Below, in pieces: positions 10,711-19,413 of a stretch of 41,227 nt of DNA. A program made the position numbers and the translations under genes. A model generated the notes under the pieces. The model searched no databases. It worked only from the letters and a program-made list of their open reading frames with translations, and had not been told where the DNA came from. This stretch comes from a virus. Taxonomy: Duplodnaviria > Caudoviricetes. Numbering within the stretch: the first letter of the stretch is position 1; the number at the start of each line of letters is the position of its first letter. The stretch covers positions 1 to 41,227 of IMG/VR virus record IMGVR_UViG_3300020042_011576. One strand, 5' to 3'.

Positions 10711-11052
10711 TTAGCTATATTTAATAGGTTTTTTAGAATTTGCCGCCTTTTGAAGTAATTCTGGGGTTTTTATAGTACCATCTGAATTAATTACTGTTTG
10801 TTTTCCACTATTAGAATTTGATTTCCCATCAGCTGCATCTTTTTGTTCTTCATAGTATTTTTTAATTTCATTAAAAGTATATTTACGAAGCCAGATTGGC
10901 ATATCGTAAATCGTATGCCAATCATATCCACCATTGCCGTGGAAAACTATTTCATGAATTTGTGTAAACAGATTTGCTCTTACTATAGGAGCTGTATCAT
11001 ATGTCAGGCCAAAAAAACTTAAGCCCAATTGGGAGATTGACTCTATCCTCAC
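10711..11052 (-). CDS. gp51-like baseplate hub/tail assembly protein; probably the frameshifted extension of the upstream ORF
   Basis: LFTQIHEIVFHG.GGYDW.TIYDMPIWLRKY resembles T4 gp51-like proteins. Only a GTG start is available, inside a 56-nt overlap. Confidence 0.65.
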   Translation of the reverse strand: MRIESISQLGLSFFGLTYDTAPIVRANLFTQIHEIVFHGNGGYDWHTIYDMPIWLRKYTFNEIKKYYEEQKDAADGKSNSNSGKQTVINSDGTIKTPELLQKAANSKKPIKYS

Positions 11053-11725
11053 TTCCGTCGGGAAAAAAAGTTAGATCAACATCTGGTTGAATCTCGCGGA
11101 TATATTCTCTTAGTGATCGTGAATCTTGTGCTAAGAGATAATTGTCGACAAATTCTCTAATGTCTTTTTTATCTCGTTTTCCTTCCACCGAAGTAATTAT
11201 ATATTTTAATCGTGTTGATAGTTCTGGAGATGAGTCTTTATTAATTTTCTTTAAACCTTCTAATTCACGACTGATTTCTTGTTCATCTTTGTGGGTTAAT
11301 AGTTTAAATGTAATATTATTTTTCGATTTAGGTAAGGTAAATGAAAATTCATTTGTACGAGATGCAAATAATTCTTTTTTAATTTCTTTATTATCAAGAG
11401 ATGATAGATCAACTATTTGTTCTTCCCCTGCATAATCAAAAACATATTCAGCACCGTATCCTAAAATACGAGCAGCAATCATAATTGCATTTTTATCACC
11501 AACTAATAAATCATCATAGTTAATTTTTGTTACAATTAATGATTTCATTAATTTGTCTAATACTGTACCGTTTTTGATGTATGATTGGTTTGTTAATATG
11601 TCCTCTTCTCTAGCGGTCATATATTTCATTTCAAGAACACCTTTTGCTAATTCAGAATCTTCGGGATAAAGCAAACCTTTTGAGGGTAATTCAATGGTTT
11701 CAGTAGGTAATTTAAATTCGCTCAT
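10997..11725 (-). CDS. gp26-like baseplate hub / tail assembly chaperone
   Basis: IELPSKGLLY...MTAREEDIL..., LLVGDKNAIMIAARILGYG, ending FFWP; lies between tube and tape measure. Confidence 0.7.
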   Translation of the reverse strand: MSEFKLPTETIELPSKGLLYPEDSELAKGVLEMKYMTAREEDILTNQSYIKNGTVLDKLMKSLIVTKINYDDLLVGDKNAIMIAARILGYGAEYVFDYAGEEQIVDLSSLDNKEIKKELFASRTNEFSFTLPKSKNNITFKLLTHKDEQEISRELEGLKKINKDSSPELSTRLKYIITSVEGKRDKKDIREFVDNYLLAQDSRSLREYIREIQPDVDLTFFPDGSEDRVNLPIGLKFFWPDI

Positions 11726-11766
11726 AATTTTTATTTGTTATAACTTAATTGTCTTATATACATATA

Positions 11767-12138
11767 TTAAAGGGAAGTAATATTATCAGGATTTACATTA
11801 TATGATAATACTCCTTTAATCTTCAATATTTCTCTTCGTATTTCTTCCATTTTTTCACGTGAAAAACCACCTTTTGTAATCCAAGGATGACCATCAACTT
11901 TAATAGTTAAAACTGTTTGAAATTTTTCAGTATTTTGTTCACTATATTCCATTGGTTCTTTTGCTGATGCTACTGTAATGCCTGGGAGTGAACGAATGTC
12001 TGAGAATATTTCTTTTTGTGGTCTTACTTTAAGATTAGTGAGAATCATACCAACCATTTTAAATTTGTCTTGATATTCTTCATTAAGCTTTTTGCTTAAT
12101 TCTTCTCTTACTAAAGTACGTAAATTGTTTAGTTTCAT
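11767..12138 (-). CDS. hypothetical protein, possibly an internal head protein
   Basis: 123 aa with N-terminal LVREEL..KLNEE segment; upstream late motif at 12143-12152. Confidence 0.7.
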   Translation of the reverse strand: MKLNNLRTLVREELSKKLNEEYQDKFKMVGMILTNLKVRPQKEIFSDIRSLPGITVASAKEPMEYSEQNTEKFQTVLTIKVDGHPWITKGGFSREKMEEIRREILKIKGVLSYNVNPDNITSL

Positions 12139-12142
12139 ACTG

Positions 12143-12152
12143 TTATAAATAT
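12143..12152 (-). promoter_or_regulatory. putative late promoter motif ATATTTATAA
   Basis: 4 nt upstream of the ATG at 12138. Confidence 0.55.
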
Positions 12153-12156
12153 TGCA

Positions 12157-14355
12157 TTATCTAATAAGATTAATACTTCCTGCAAATTCATATTCACCAT
12201 CATCTTTTTTACTACCAAATTGAATTTTATAATTATATAATCCTGGTGTACATGGAGTATTGTTATAAGTTCCATCCCAATAGTCGTTATGGTCATAACT
12301 TTCATAAATCATTTCACCCCATCGATTATAAATTTCTACATGGAAATCATATGGATCAAACCCACTTGTAAAAGTCCATTTAAAGGAATTATTATGCTCA
12401 TCCCCATCAGGTGTAAATGAATTTGGTATATAAAATAATAGTTCAGGACATTGTGCTATAGTAACTACATTAAATTGTGGGGGTGAAGCACATCCATTTG
12501 AATAATGTACTACAGAAATATCAAACATTCCGGGCGCATCCCAAGCGATATTTAATGTTTCTGATTGGACGGTATTATTCAATATAGTCCATTCATTATA
12601 ACCGGGTAAAGAAGCAACTACTGAATATATGCTTGATATAGAGTCACCATCACATAGTTCAAAAAATTCATTATATGGTGTAATTGGGGTAATAGTAGGT
12701 TGTTCATAAACAATTATATTAATTGTATCATCAAATATACATCCTGATTGGGTATAAGTGTATGTAATGTAATTATCTAAAGTATCAGCAAATCCAGGAT
12801 AAAAATCATTACCCATCATTCCTATTCCACTAAATACACCTCCAATTGGGGTAGCATTTAAAGTAGAAAATTCATCATTTGAACAAAATGGACCTGCAGG
12901 ATCAATTACTGGGGTTAAATTAAAAATAGTTAAATCAATTGTCTCAGGTAAACTTGGACAATTATTAAAATCATATCCTGTTACTTGAACCGCACCTGGT
13001 ATAAATCCGGATGAAATTGAGGTCCAGTCTACATTAATAGTATTTGTGCCTTGCCCATTAGTAATAGAACCAACAGCTGACCACTGGTATGTGTATCCAA
13101 TTTGGGGAATAACTGAGTATAATTCATTAGTTGAATTAAAACAAACTGTATCATTGAATGTAATAGGTCCAACAATGGGTACAAGCGGGTCGATTAAAGT
13201 AGCAACCCCACTTACATTACAACCCGCAGCATCCACAATTGTAAAAGGATAAACTCCAGCACATAAACCAATTGGATTAAATCCGTTAGCAGGTCCGTTC
13301 CAAGAAATAGTTTGAACTCCTGTTCCACCACTTGAAATGATATTAATTGCTCCATCACAAGAACTAGCACAAGTAGGATTAGAAGGAATAATAATGGGGG
13401 TAGGTAAATTAGGTGGGCCAGGAACTACAAGTACCGTGTCCGGTCCTAAACTAGTCCCAGCATTACAACTAGACCAACCTGCATTACAAATTGGATAAAC
13501 AAATTTACAAGTATATTGTGTAGGAATAGTTGGAGTAACATTAATAGAAGGACCTGTTCCAATTGCTACTGGGTTACCTACTTGATACCAAGTTAGGGTA
13601 GGAGTAACTACTGGTCCACTAGGTGTCCATCTCCAAGCATCATTATTAGCTGTCCAAACTGTTGAATTTCTTCCAGGTACTGGGATTCCAATAGTACCAG
13701 CTGTGTTATGAATACCTTCTACAGCAGTACCACCTTGCCACGTTACACAAGATGGTTTGGATTGAATGTAGTTACTAATGTAATTAGTTGATTCTTCAAT
13801 TACTATATGAAATGTTCCTTGATTAAATGTACAACTATACATTGGCACACCAATCCAGCTTACTATTAATTTTCTACAAGGAGCAGTACCAACAGTTTGA
13901 TATTTAATTTGTCCTCCAATTCCAGGATGCCAATCTTGCCATGGTCCCAAAATGCAATTTTTAGGAACTAAAATATTACCCGTAGGAATTGTTTGTGAAG
14001 TAAATGTTGTTGGTTGCCCACCGGAAAATGAAATCCATCCATTTGAACCAATATAAAATTGTGTATAGGTTTGTCCAAAAAAGCAAAAGTTAAAGCCTAT
14101 AGCAAATGGTCCTTGTTGGGAATCATCCATCATAAATACAGATGTTCCATTATTGACTTGAGCTACATATGGTATAGAAGCAACGTTGTAATTTGTTGTT
14201 TGATTGGGGTTATTGCCTGGTCCACATTGGCTTAAATCTGCGGTTAAAGTAGTTGTTCCTACACCACAAGGTAATAGTTGATCAGGTCCTAATGAAGGGC
14301 AATATTGAGCATATCCTGTAGATGCTAGTAAGAGGAAGATAAATAATTTTTTCAT
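12157..14355 (-). CDS. secreted protein with gliding-motility-associated (T9SS type B, CHU_C-like) C-terminal domain
   Basis: Sec signal MKKLFIFLLLASTGYA|Q; SprB-like repeat (PTCASSCDGAI...GLCAGVYPFTIVDAAGC); C-terminal YIPNSFTPDGD..N..F...IYNRWGEMIYES...WDGTY...G.YNYKI...GSINLIR. Confidence 0.9.
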   Translation of the reverse strand: MKKLFIFLLLASTGYAQYCPSLGPDQLLPCGVGTTTLTADLSQCGPGNNPNQTTNYNVASIPYVAQVNNGTSVFMMDDSQQGPFAIGFNFCFFGQTYTQFYIGSNGWISFSGGQPTTFTSQTIPTGNILVPKNCILGPWQDWHPGIGGQIKYQTVGTAPCRKLIVSWIGVPMYSCTFNQGTFHIVIEESTNYISNYIQSKPSCVTWQGGTAVEGIHNTAGTIGIPVPGRNSTVWTANNDAWRWTPSGPVVTPTLTWYQVGNPVAIGTGPSINVTPTIPTQYTCKFVYPICNAGWSSCNAGTSLGPDTVLVVPGPPNLPTPIIIPSNPTCASSCDGAINIISSGGTGVQTISWNGPANGFNPIGLCAGVYPFTIVDAAGCNVSGVATLIDPLVPIVGPITFNDTVCFNSTNELYSVIPQIGYTYQWSAVGSITNGQGTNTINVDWTSISSGFIPGAVQVTGYDFNNCPSLPETIDLTIFNLTPVIDPAGPFCSNDEFSTLNATPIGGVFSGIGMMGNDFYPGFADTLDNYITYTYTQSGCIFDDTINIIVYEQPTITPITPYNEFFELCDGDSISSIYSVVASLPGYNEWTILNNTVQSETLNIAWDAPGMFDISVVHYSNGCASPPQFNVVTIAQCPELLFYIPNSFTPDGDEHNNSFKWTFTSGFDPYDFHVEIYNRWGEMIYESYDHNDYWDGTYNNTPCTPGLYNYKIQFGSKKDDGEYEFAGSINLIR

Positions 14356-14359
14356 AAGT

Positions 14360-14390
14360 ACAATATATAAAAGGAAAGTGAAAGCCCCAA
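14360..14390 (-). promoter_or_regulatory. Bacteroidota-type promoter variant TTGG-N19-TATATTGT, 4 nt upstream of the T9SS-cargo ATG
   Basis: Same N19 spacing and same 4-nt gap to ATG as the sites at 1771 and 24228; the -33 element lies in the terminator stem. Confidence 0.5.
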
Positions 14391-14407
14391 ATTTCTTTGG
14401 AGCTTTC
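14369..14407 (-). terminator. intrinsic terminator after the tail tube gene
   Basis: Minus strand GAAAGCTCCAAA-GAAA-TTTGGGGCTTTC (12-bp stem, one G-U pair) followed by ACTTTCCTTTT. Confidence 0.75.
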
Positions 14408-14428
14408 GTATACTTTGTTGTTTTGTTC

Positions 14429-14917
14429 TTAGTAGTTCAAGATACAATAGTCTGGTTGTACAGTTACTTGGATGTTTACTGCTTGACCATCATCATCCCA
14501 GTTATAATCACCAAAATTAACTTCTGTAATTACAGCTCCTTTGATTACCCATTCAGAAACGATATCACCTACAGGACCAACTACGTTGAAAGTAATATCT
14601 TTCTTATAGAAATCCGAGTAACCATCACGACCTGTTACTGATTCGTGTCCTAAACGTACCCATTCCATTACTGCTTGAGCTCCACTTGGTGTGATTGACT
14701 CGTACATTGTGAATTGGATTGTATTCCAAATTGTTTTTCCTTTTACATAACGTTGAACGTTGATGTGGTTTAGAGCAACTGCACTTTGTGTTAATGATAC
14801 AGCACCTACTCCTTTTACCAAGTATGATGGAACACCATCCATATAAAGGATAAAACGGTTACTTTGTTTCGGTTCAAACGCCGTGAAAAATATTTCGTTT
14901 GGGTTTAATATTGGCAT
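14429..14917 (-). CDS. gp19: tail tube protein (T4 gp19-like)
   Basis: 162 aa directly after the sheath genes; FEPKQSNRF, YVKGKTIWNTI, YKKDIT, W.IKGA.ITEVNFGDYNW. Confidence 0.85.
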   Translation of the reverse strand: MPILNPNEIFFTAFEPKQSNRFILYMDGVPSYLVKGVGAVSLTQSAVALNHINVQRYVKGKTIWNTIQFTMYESITPSGAQAVMEWVRLGHESVTGRDGYSDFYKKDITFNVVGPVGDIVSEWVIKGAVITEVNFGDYNWDDDGQAVNIQVTVQPDYCILNY

Positions 14918-14938
14918 CTTATTTTTGTTTTAATTTTA

Positions 14939-14948
14939 TTATAAATAT
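14939..14948 (-). promoter_or_regulatory. putative late promoter motif ATATTTATAA
   Basis: 21 nt upstream of the tube ATG. Confidence 0.6.
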
Positions 14949-14964
14949 TAAATATTTCTATCTT

Positions 14965-16683
14965 TTATGCAGGGAATTGAGCTCCAGTTGGTTGTAATAT
15001 AAAGTCTAGAGATATAAATTCTGCTGTACGAGTTGGTTGGATATAAATTTGTCCTACTAACTGGTTTTGATCAATTACTGCTGGTCCATTGTTTGAATCA
15101 TCCATTACTACTCTATAAGCATATAATCCTTGTTTTTGTTGGATTGCTTCTAAGTATGGATTAACTCTAGCTATAAATGAATTTCTTGTTGCAATTGTAT
15201 TTTGTTCAAATACTACTGTATCTGCAATTTGACGGATATATGATTTTAATTCAATCATCAAACGACGTACATTTACACGATCTAAAGCAGATTGAGCTTT
15301 TTGCAATGTTTTTTGTCCGTATACTACAACACCTTGTTTAGGTAATGTTGCAATTGGATTGATATTATTTGCATATAATGTATCACGATTACCTTGTGTC
15401 AATTTCAATTCAACTTGAAGAACTGTGCTTAATCCACCTCGGTTTATACCTGCGGGTGCAAACCATGGAGCTGATACTTTATCATTGAAAGCATATACAC
15501 CTGGTATTACTGTTGAAGCTGGTACCCAAACATGTTTTCCTGTTGCTGGGTCAATGATACGAACCCAAGGCCAATATGTTGCAGCGTATGAAGTATTTTT
15601 TGTTTGTGCTTGGGTTAATGCTTGTCCAATTGAACTACCATATATTCCTAAATCCATTACAAACATATTATCACCTCTATTAATTGTATTAGAAACAATA
15701 TTATTAACTTGTGCTGGGTGGGAATCATTTAATAATCCAGGGGTAAATAGTATATTAAATTGATATGCTTCAGGATTTCCTAAAAGGGCAATCATGTTAT
15801 TATAATCTGTAGCTACTAATCCTTGGGTATTTAGACCAATTTCATTATATAATTTAATCGAACCACTTACGTTTCCAATAGCACCACCAAAACATCCATC
15901 TAATGAACCACTTCCTGTAGCTGGGAGAGAAGCTGTATAAGCATTTACAGCAACACCATTATTATCTAAATAATTTGGGGTAAGGAAATTAACTGTTCTA
16001 ACACGTACATATTTTGAATTATTTGGATAACTTCCAGAAATATTCATTTGATTGTTAACGCTGTCGTAACTTAATTTTTGATCACCAATTACTAAAGAAA
16101 TAAAACGTGATGAGTTTGGATCTAATGATACATTATTCCAAGCTTCTAAAACTGTTGGGTTGTCTGTTGTATCATCTCCTCTTCTAATTAATACATTAAA
16201 TGTACCTGAACCTGAGTTTGTTTGAGTAACTTGCCATCTAACATTATTTTTAGAACCAGAAATTAAAGAACCTGAAGCTCCTGATCCTGAGTTATTCATT
16301 ATAATTCCTTCAGAAATTGTTTCTAGAACAAAAGGTGATAAACCTGATGTAGGTCCAGCTGATGCTGTAGGCATATAACTGCTGGTTGCTGAGGTGTAAG
16401 ATCCACTTGCTACTCTAGCTACCAATAATGAAGTTCCTCCATAATTGAAATAGTTATAAGCTGCAATTGAAGTAAGGTATGAATATGAGTTACCACCACT
16501 AATAAAAGTGTCTCCAAACATTGTTTGGAAATCGGAATATGAAGTAACTAATGTAGGTTTTTCATAAGGACCTTTAACTGTTGGGCCTATAATAGCAGCA
16601 CCCGCTTGAACAGGTAATCCTGTCAAATATGTGTTGTCTATTTCACTAATTGCTACTCCAGGAGAAGATGTAAAATTTGCCAT
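14965..16683 (-). CDS. gp18: tail sheath protein (paralog 2)
   Basis: SPGV..SEID, AAIIGPTVKGP, YAATYWPW, PWFAPAGINRG, INPIA, GQKTL, DRVNVRRL, FEQN, QPTRTAEFI. Confidence 0.95.
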   Translation of the reverse strand: MANFTSSPGVAISEIDNTYLTGLPVQAGAAIIGPTVKGPYEKPTLVTSYSDFQTMFGDTFISGGNSYSYLTSIAAYNYFNYGGTSLLVARVASGSYTSATSSYMPTASAGPTSGLSPFVLETISEGIIMNNSGSGASGSLISGSKNNVRWQVTQTNSGSGTFNVLIRRGDDTTDNPTVLEAWNNVSLDPNSSRFISLVIGDQKLSYDSVNNQMNISGSYPNNSKYVRVRTVNFLTPNYLDNNGVAVNAYTASLPATGSGSLDGCFGGAIGNVSGSIKLYNEIGLNTQGLVATDYNNMIALLGNPEAYQFNILFTPGLLNDSHPAQVNNIVSNTINRGDNMFVMDLGIYGSSIGQALTQAQTKNTSYAATYWPWVRIIDPATGKHVWVPASTVIPGVYAFNDKVSAPWFAPAGINRGGLSTVLQVELKLTQGNRDTLYANNINPIATLPKQGVVVYGQKTLQKAQSALDRVNVRRLMIELKSYIRQIADTVVFEQNTIATRNSFIARVNPYLEAIQQKQGLYAYRVVMDDSNNGPAVIDQNQLVGQIYIQPTRTAEFISLDFILQPTGAQFPA

Positions 16684-16695
16684 TTTATATTTTTA

Positions 16696-16705
16696 TTATA
16701 AATAT
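16696..16705 (-). promoter_or_regulatory. putative late promoter motif ATATTTATAA
   Basis: 12 nt upstream of the sheath 2 ATG. Confidence 0.6.
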
Positions 16706-16729
16706 TGATATTTTTTTTAAAATATATTA

Positions 16730-18760
16730 TTAAGCAGGAAATGTTGCACCTGTAGGTAATATATTAAAGTCTAGTAAAATAAATTCTGCTGTTTTGGTTG
16801 GTTGTAAGAAAATTTGTCCTACTAATTGGTTATTATCTACCACGTTTGGTGGATTATTTGACTCATCCATTACAACTTTAAATGCTGTTAAACCTTGTTG
16901 TTGTTGAACAGAAGCTAAATATGGATTAATAACAGATAAGAAATTATTTCTGGTAACAGTATCATTTTGTTCAAATACAAATGTATCAGCAATTTGAGAT
17001 ATATAAGATTTTAATTCAATCAATAAACGTCTTACGTTAATACGATCTAAAGCACTTTTTTTCTTAGCTAATGTTTTTTGTCCAAATACTACTACACCAT
17101 TTGTTGGGTATGTAGCAATTGGATTAATATTTGCTTGATATAATGTATCTCTATTACCTTGAGTTAAAACACGTTCTGCTTGAATAGTAGTAGTTAAAAC
17201 ACCTCTATTTATACCAGCAGGTGCAAACCATGGAGCAGCAACATTATCATTAAATGCATATACTCCAGGAATCATTGTGGAAGCAGGTACCCAAACTTGA
17301 TTAGCTGTTGTTGGATCAATTGTTCTTGCCCAAGGCCAATATGTTGCAGCATATGATGTATCATATCCTGCTGTATTAGTTAATACTGATCCAATTTGGG
17401 AATTATATTTTGATGAATCAAATATTACCATTGCATCCCCTCTATCTTGAACAATAGAATTCATTAAACTAATAGCACCTGCAGATGTTGATCCTATATC
17501 AGACATCAATCCAGGGGCTGTTAATAAATTATATTTAAAAGCATCTTTATTTGATAGTAAAGAAATAGATTCTGTATAGTGAGCGGCGGATAAGCCTTGG
17601 ATATTAGTATCTGATATAATAGCTTCATAATAAGCACCCGCAATACCTGTTGGGATATTTTTTCCAGTTGCCGATCCAAATGAACCACTTGAATTATAAG
17701 GGATTGAACCGGTAAATTGTGGTTTTGGGTTTCCTACATTATCAAAGTAATTTGGAGTTGTTTGGTTAACCGTTTTAACACGAATATATGATGAATTGTT
17801 TGGATAACTTCCAGATAATTGAATGTAATATTCACCATTATCAACTTCTACATTTTCAATTTGATTACCAATTACTTTTTCAATATAATTTGAAGAATAT
17901 GGATCTAAAGATAATGGGCCCCAATTTTCTACTACTGATGGATTGATTGATGAATCATTACCTTGACGAACTAATAGGTAAAAAGTACCATTTGTTAGGT
18001 CTGAGTTAGTTATTTGCCATCTAAAGTTATCTGCTGATCCACTTAATAATGTATTGTAATTGCCTGTTGGGCCTGTACTATTCATTATTTCTCCTTTAGA
18101 AATAGTTTCTAAAATAAAAGCTTCGGTGTTTGTACCACCAGTATAATATACAATAGTACTTCCAGAAACATAATATGATAAATTTCCAGCTAAACCATTT
18201 GAATTAGTAGAAGTTACAACCATGTTAGGAGTAGAAAATGAAGCACTACTGTTAATGGTGAGGTTTGTATAAAAGTTAGTTGGGTTGGAAGGAATTATGT
18301 TTGAAGATGTCGCATTATTAAATACATTTTGAACTGATGATCCTGAAAGGATTACATTTATTCCATTAAATGATGCTGTATAAGCAACAGTTACAGCACT
18401 TGTTAAATCAAGAACTGCAGATGCTGATGTAGCAGCAGTTGATGTTGGGATTAAGGAGGAAGTAGCAGGTGAAAATGTACCACTTACTACTCTAGTTACT
18501 AATAATGAAGTTCCTCCATTATTAAAATAGTTATAGGCTGAGATTGAGGTAAAATAAGTGTATGTATTACTTCCACTAAGGAAAGTAGCACCAAATTTAT
18601 TTAAATAGTCTGAATATGTTGTGACTATTGTAGGGATACCTACCTTACCTTTTACTGTTGGTCCTATTATAGCAGCGCCTGCTTGTGTAGGTTGTTGAGT
18701 TACAAATGATTGATTGTTCTCTATTGCTAATACACCGGGTGATACAATTGTTTCTGGCAT
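16730..18760 (-). CDS. gp18: tail sheath protein (paralog 1)
   Basis: Same sheath motifs as paralog 2 (SPGV, PWFAPAGINRG, DRINVRRL, QPTKTAEFI), with a longer N-terminal insertion. Confidence 0.95.
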   Translation of the reverse strand: MPETIVSPGVLAIENNQSFVTQQPTQAGAAIIGPTVKGKVGIPTIVTTYSDYLNKFGATFLSGSNTYTYFTSISAYNYFNNGGTSLLVTRVVSGTFSPATSSLIPTSTAATSASAVLDLTSAVTVAYTASFNGINVILSGSSVQNVFNNATSSNIIPSNPTNFYTNLTINSSASFSTPNMVVTSTNSNGLAGNLSYYVSGSTIVYYTGGTNTEAFILETISKGEIMNSTGPTGNYNTLLSGSADNFRWQITNSDLTNGTFYLLVRQGNDSSINPSVVENWGPLSLDPYSSNYIEKVIGNQIENVEVDNGEYYIQLSGSYPNNSSYIRVKTVNQTTPNYFDNVGNPKPQFTGSIPYNSSGSFGSATGKNIPTGIAGAYYEAIISDTNIQGLSAAHYTESISLLSNKDAFKYNLLTAPGLMSDIGSTSAGAISLMNSIVQDRGDAMVIFDSSKYNSQIGSVLTNTAGYDTSYAATYWPWARTIDPTTANQVWVPASTMIPGVYAFNDNVAAPWFAPAGINRGVLTTTIQAERVLTQGNRDTLYQANINPIATYPTNGVVVFGQKTLAKKKSALDRINVRRLLIELKSYISQIADTFVFEQNDTVTRNNFLSVINPYLASVQQQQGLTAFKVVMDESNNPPNVVDNNQLVGQIFLQPTKTAEFILLDFNILPTGATFPA

Positions 18761-18777
18761 TGTAATGATTTATTTTA

Positions 18778-18787
18778 TTATAAATAT
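18778..18787 (-). promoter_or_regulatory. putative late promoter motif ATATTTATAA
   Basis: 17 nt upstream of the sheath 1 ATG. Confidence 0.6.
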
Positions 18788-18805
18788 GGTGTATTTAAAC
18801 CCAAA

Positions 18806-19069
18806 TTAATCCATTGGGGTAATTTCACCAGTTTCCGGGTCAAGACTAATTTTTCCATATTTATCTGACATGGATTGAGTAAACTCCTTTTCTTGGTTAG
18901 ATAATTCATCCAAGAATTTTTTAGCGGCGTTATGACGGTTTTCTAATTGTAATTTAATTAATTCAATTTCACCTAATTCATCAATAAGTGAACGAGTACC
19001 TGTTTGAATTTCTTTTAATTTTGCTTTTTCTTCTTCTGTTAAGAACTTTTTTTCTGAAACGATTGACAT
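18806..19069 (-). CDS. small coiled-coil protein ending KYGKISLDPETGEI
   Basis: 87 aa with a charged heptad pattern; sits just before the sheath genes. Confidence 0.75.
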   Translation of the reverse strand: MSIVSEKKFLTEEEKAKLKEIQTGTRSLIDELGEIELIKLQLENRHNAAKKFLDELSNQEKEFTQSMSDKYGKISLDPETGEITPMD

Positions 19070-19072
19070 AAT

Positions 19073-19408
19073 TTATTGGTTTAGATAATTTAAGGTTATT
19101 TCTTCTAATGGGTTAATATCTTGAGTGGCTATTAAAGTAATTATATTTTGTATAGAATCAATACTAAATGTTGCATTTGGAGTTTTACTTGAATTTACCC
19201 AACTTGCATGCCCTAAAGATACTATTAATCCATTAGAATGTGCATATACATATTTAATTAATTCAGTAGGACAATCATTTCCTGGGGGGAAATTTATTCC
19301 TGCAGATTGATTAATTATCTGATCTTTTTTGATAAATTCATTAGTAAATAAACCCCATCCATGTATAGATGATTGACAAATACTTAAATCACAACTTATT
19401 AATTTCAT
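19073..19408 (-). CDS. SET-domain protein (putative lysine methyltransferase)
   Basis: SSIHGWGLFT..FIKKDQII; VNSSKTPNA (NHS-equivalent); IATQDI..LEEITLNY. Confidence 0.8.
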   Translation of the reverse strand: MKLISCDLSICQSSIHGWGLFTNEFIKKDQIINQSAGINFPPGNDCPTELIKYVYAHSNGLIVSLGHASWVNSSKTPNATFSIDSIQNIITLIATQDINPLEEITLNYLNQ

Positions 19409-19413
19409 ATATT

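Noticed and set aside
5790-18760. Bacterial extracellular contractile injection system (two sheaths, tube, LysM, hub)
   Set aside because: A gp23-like capsid, neck genes, PhoH and a polymerase in the same gene run show this is a phage.
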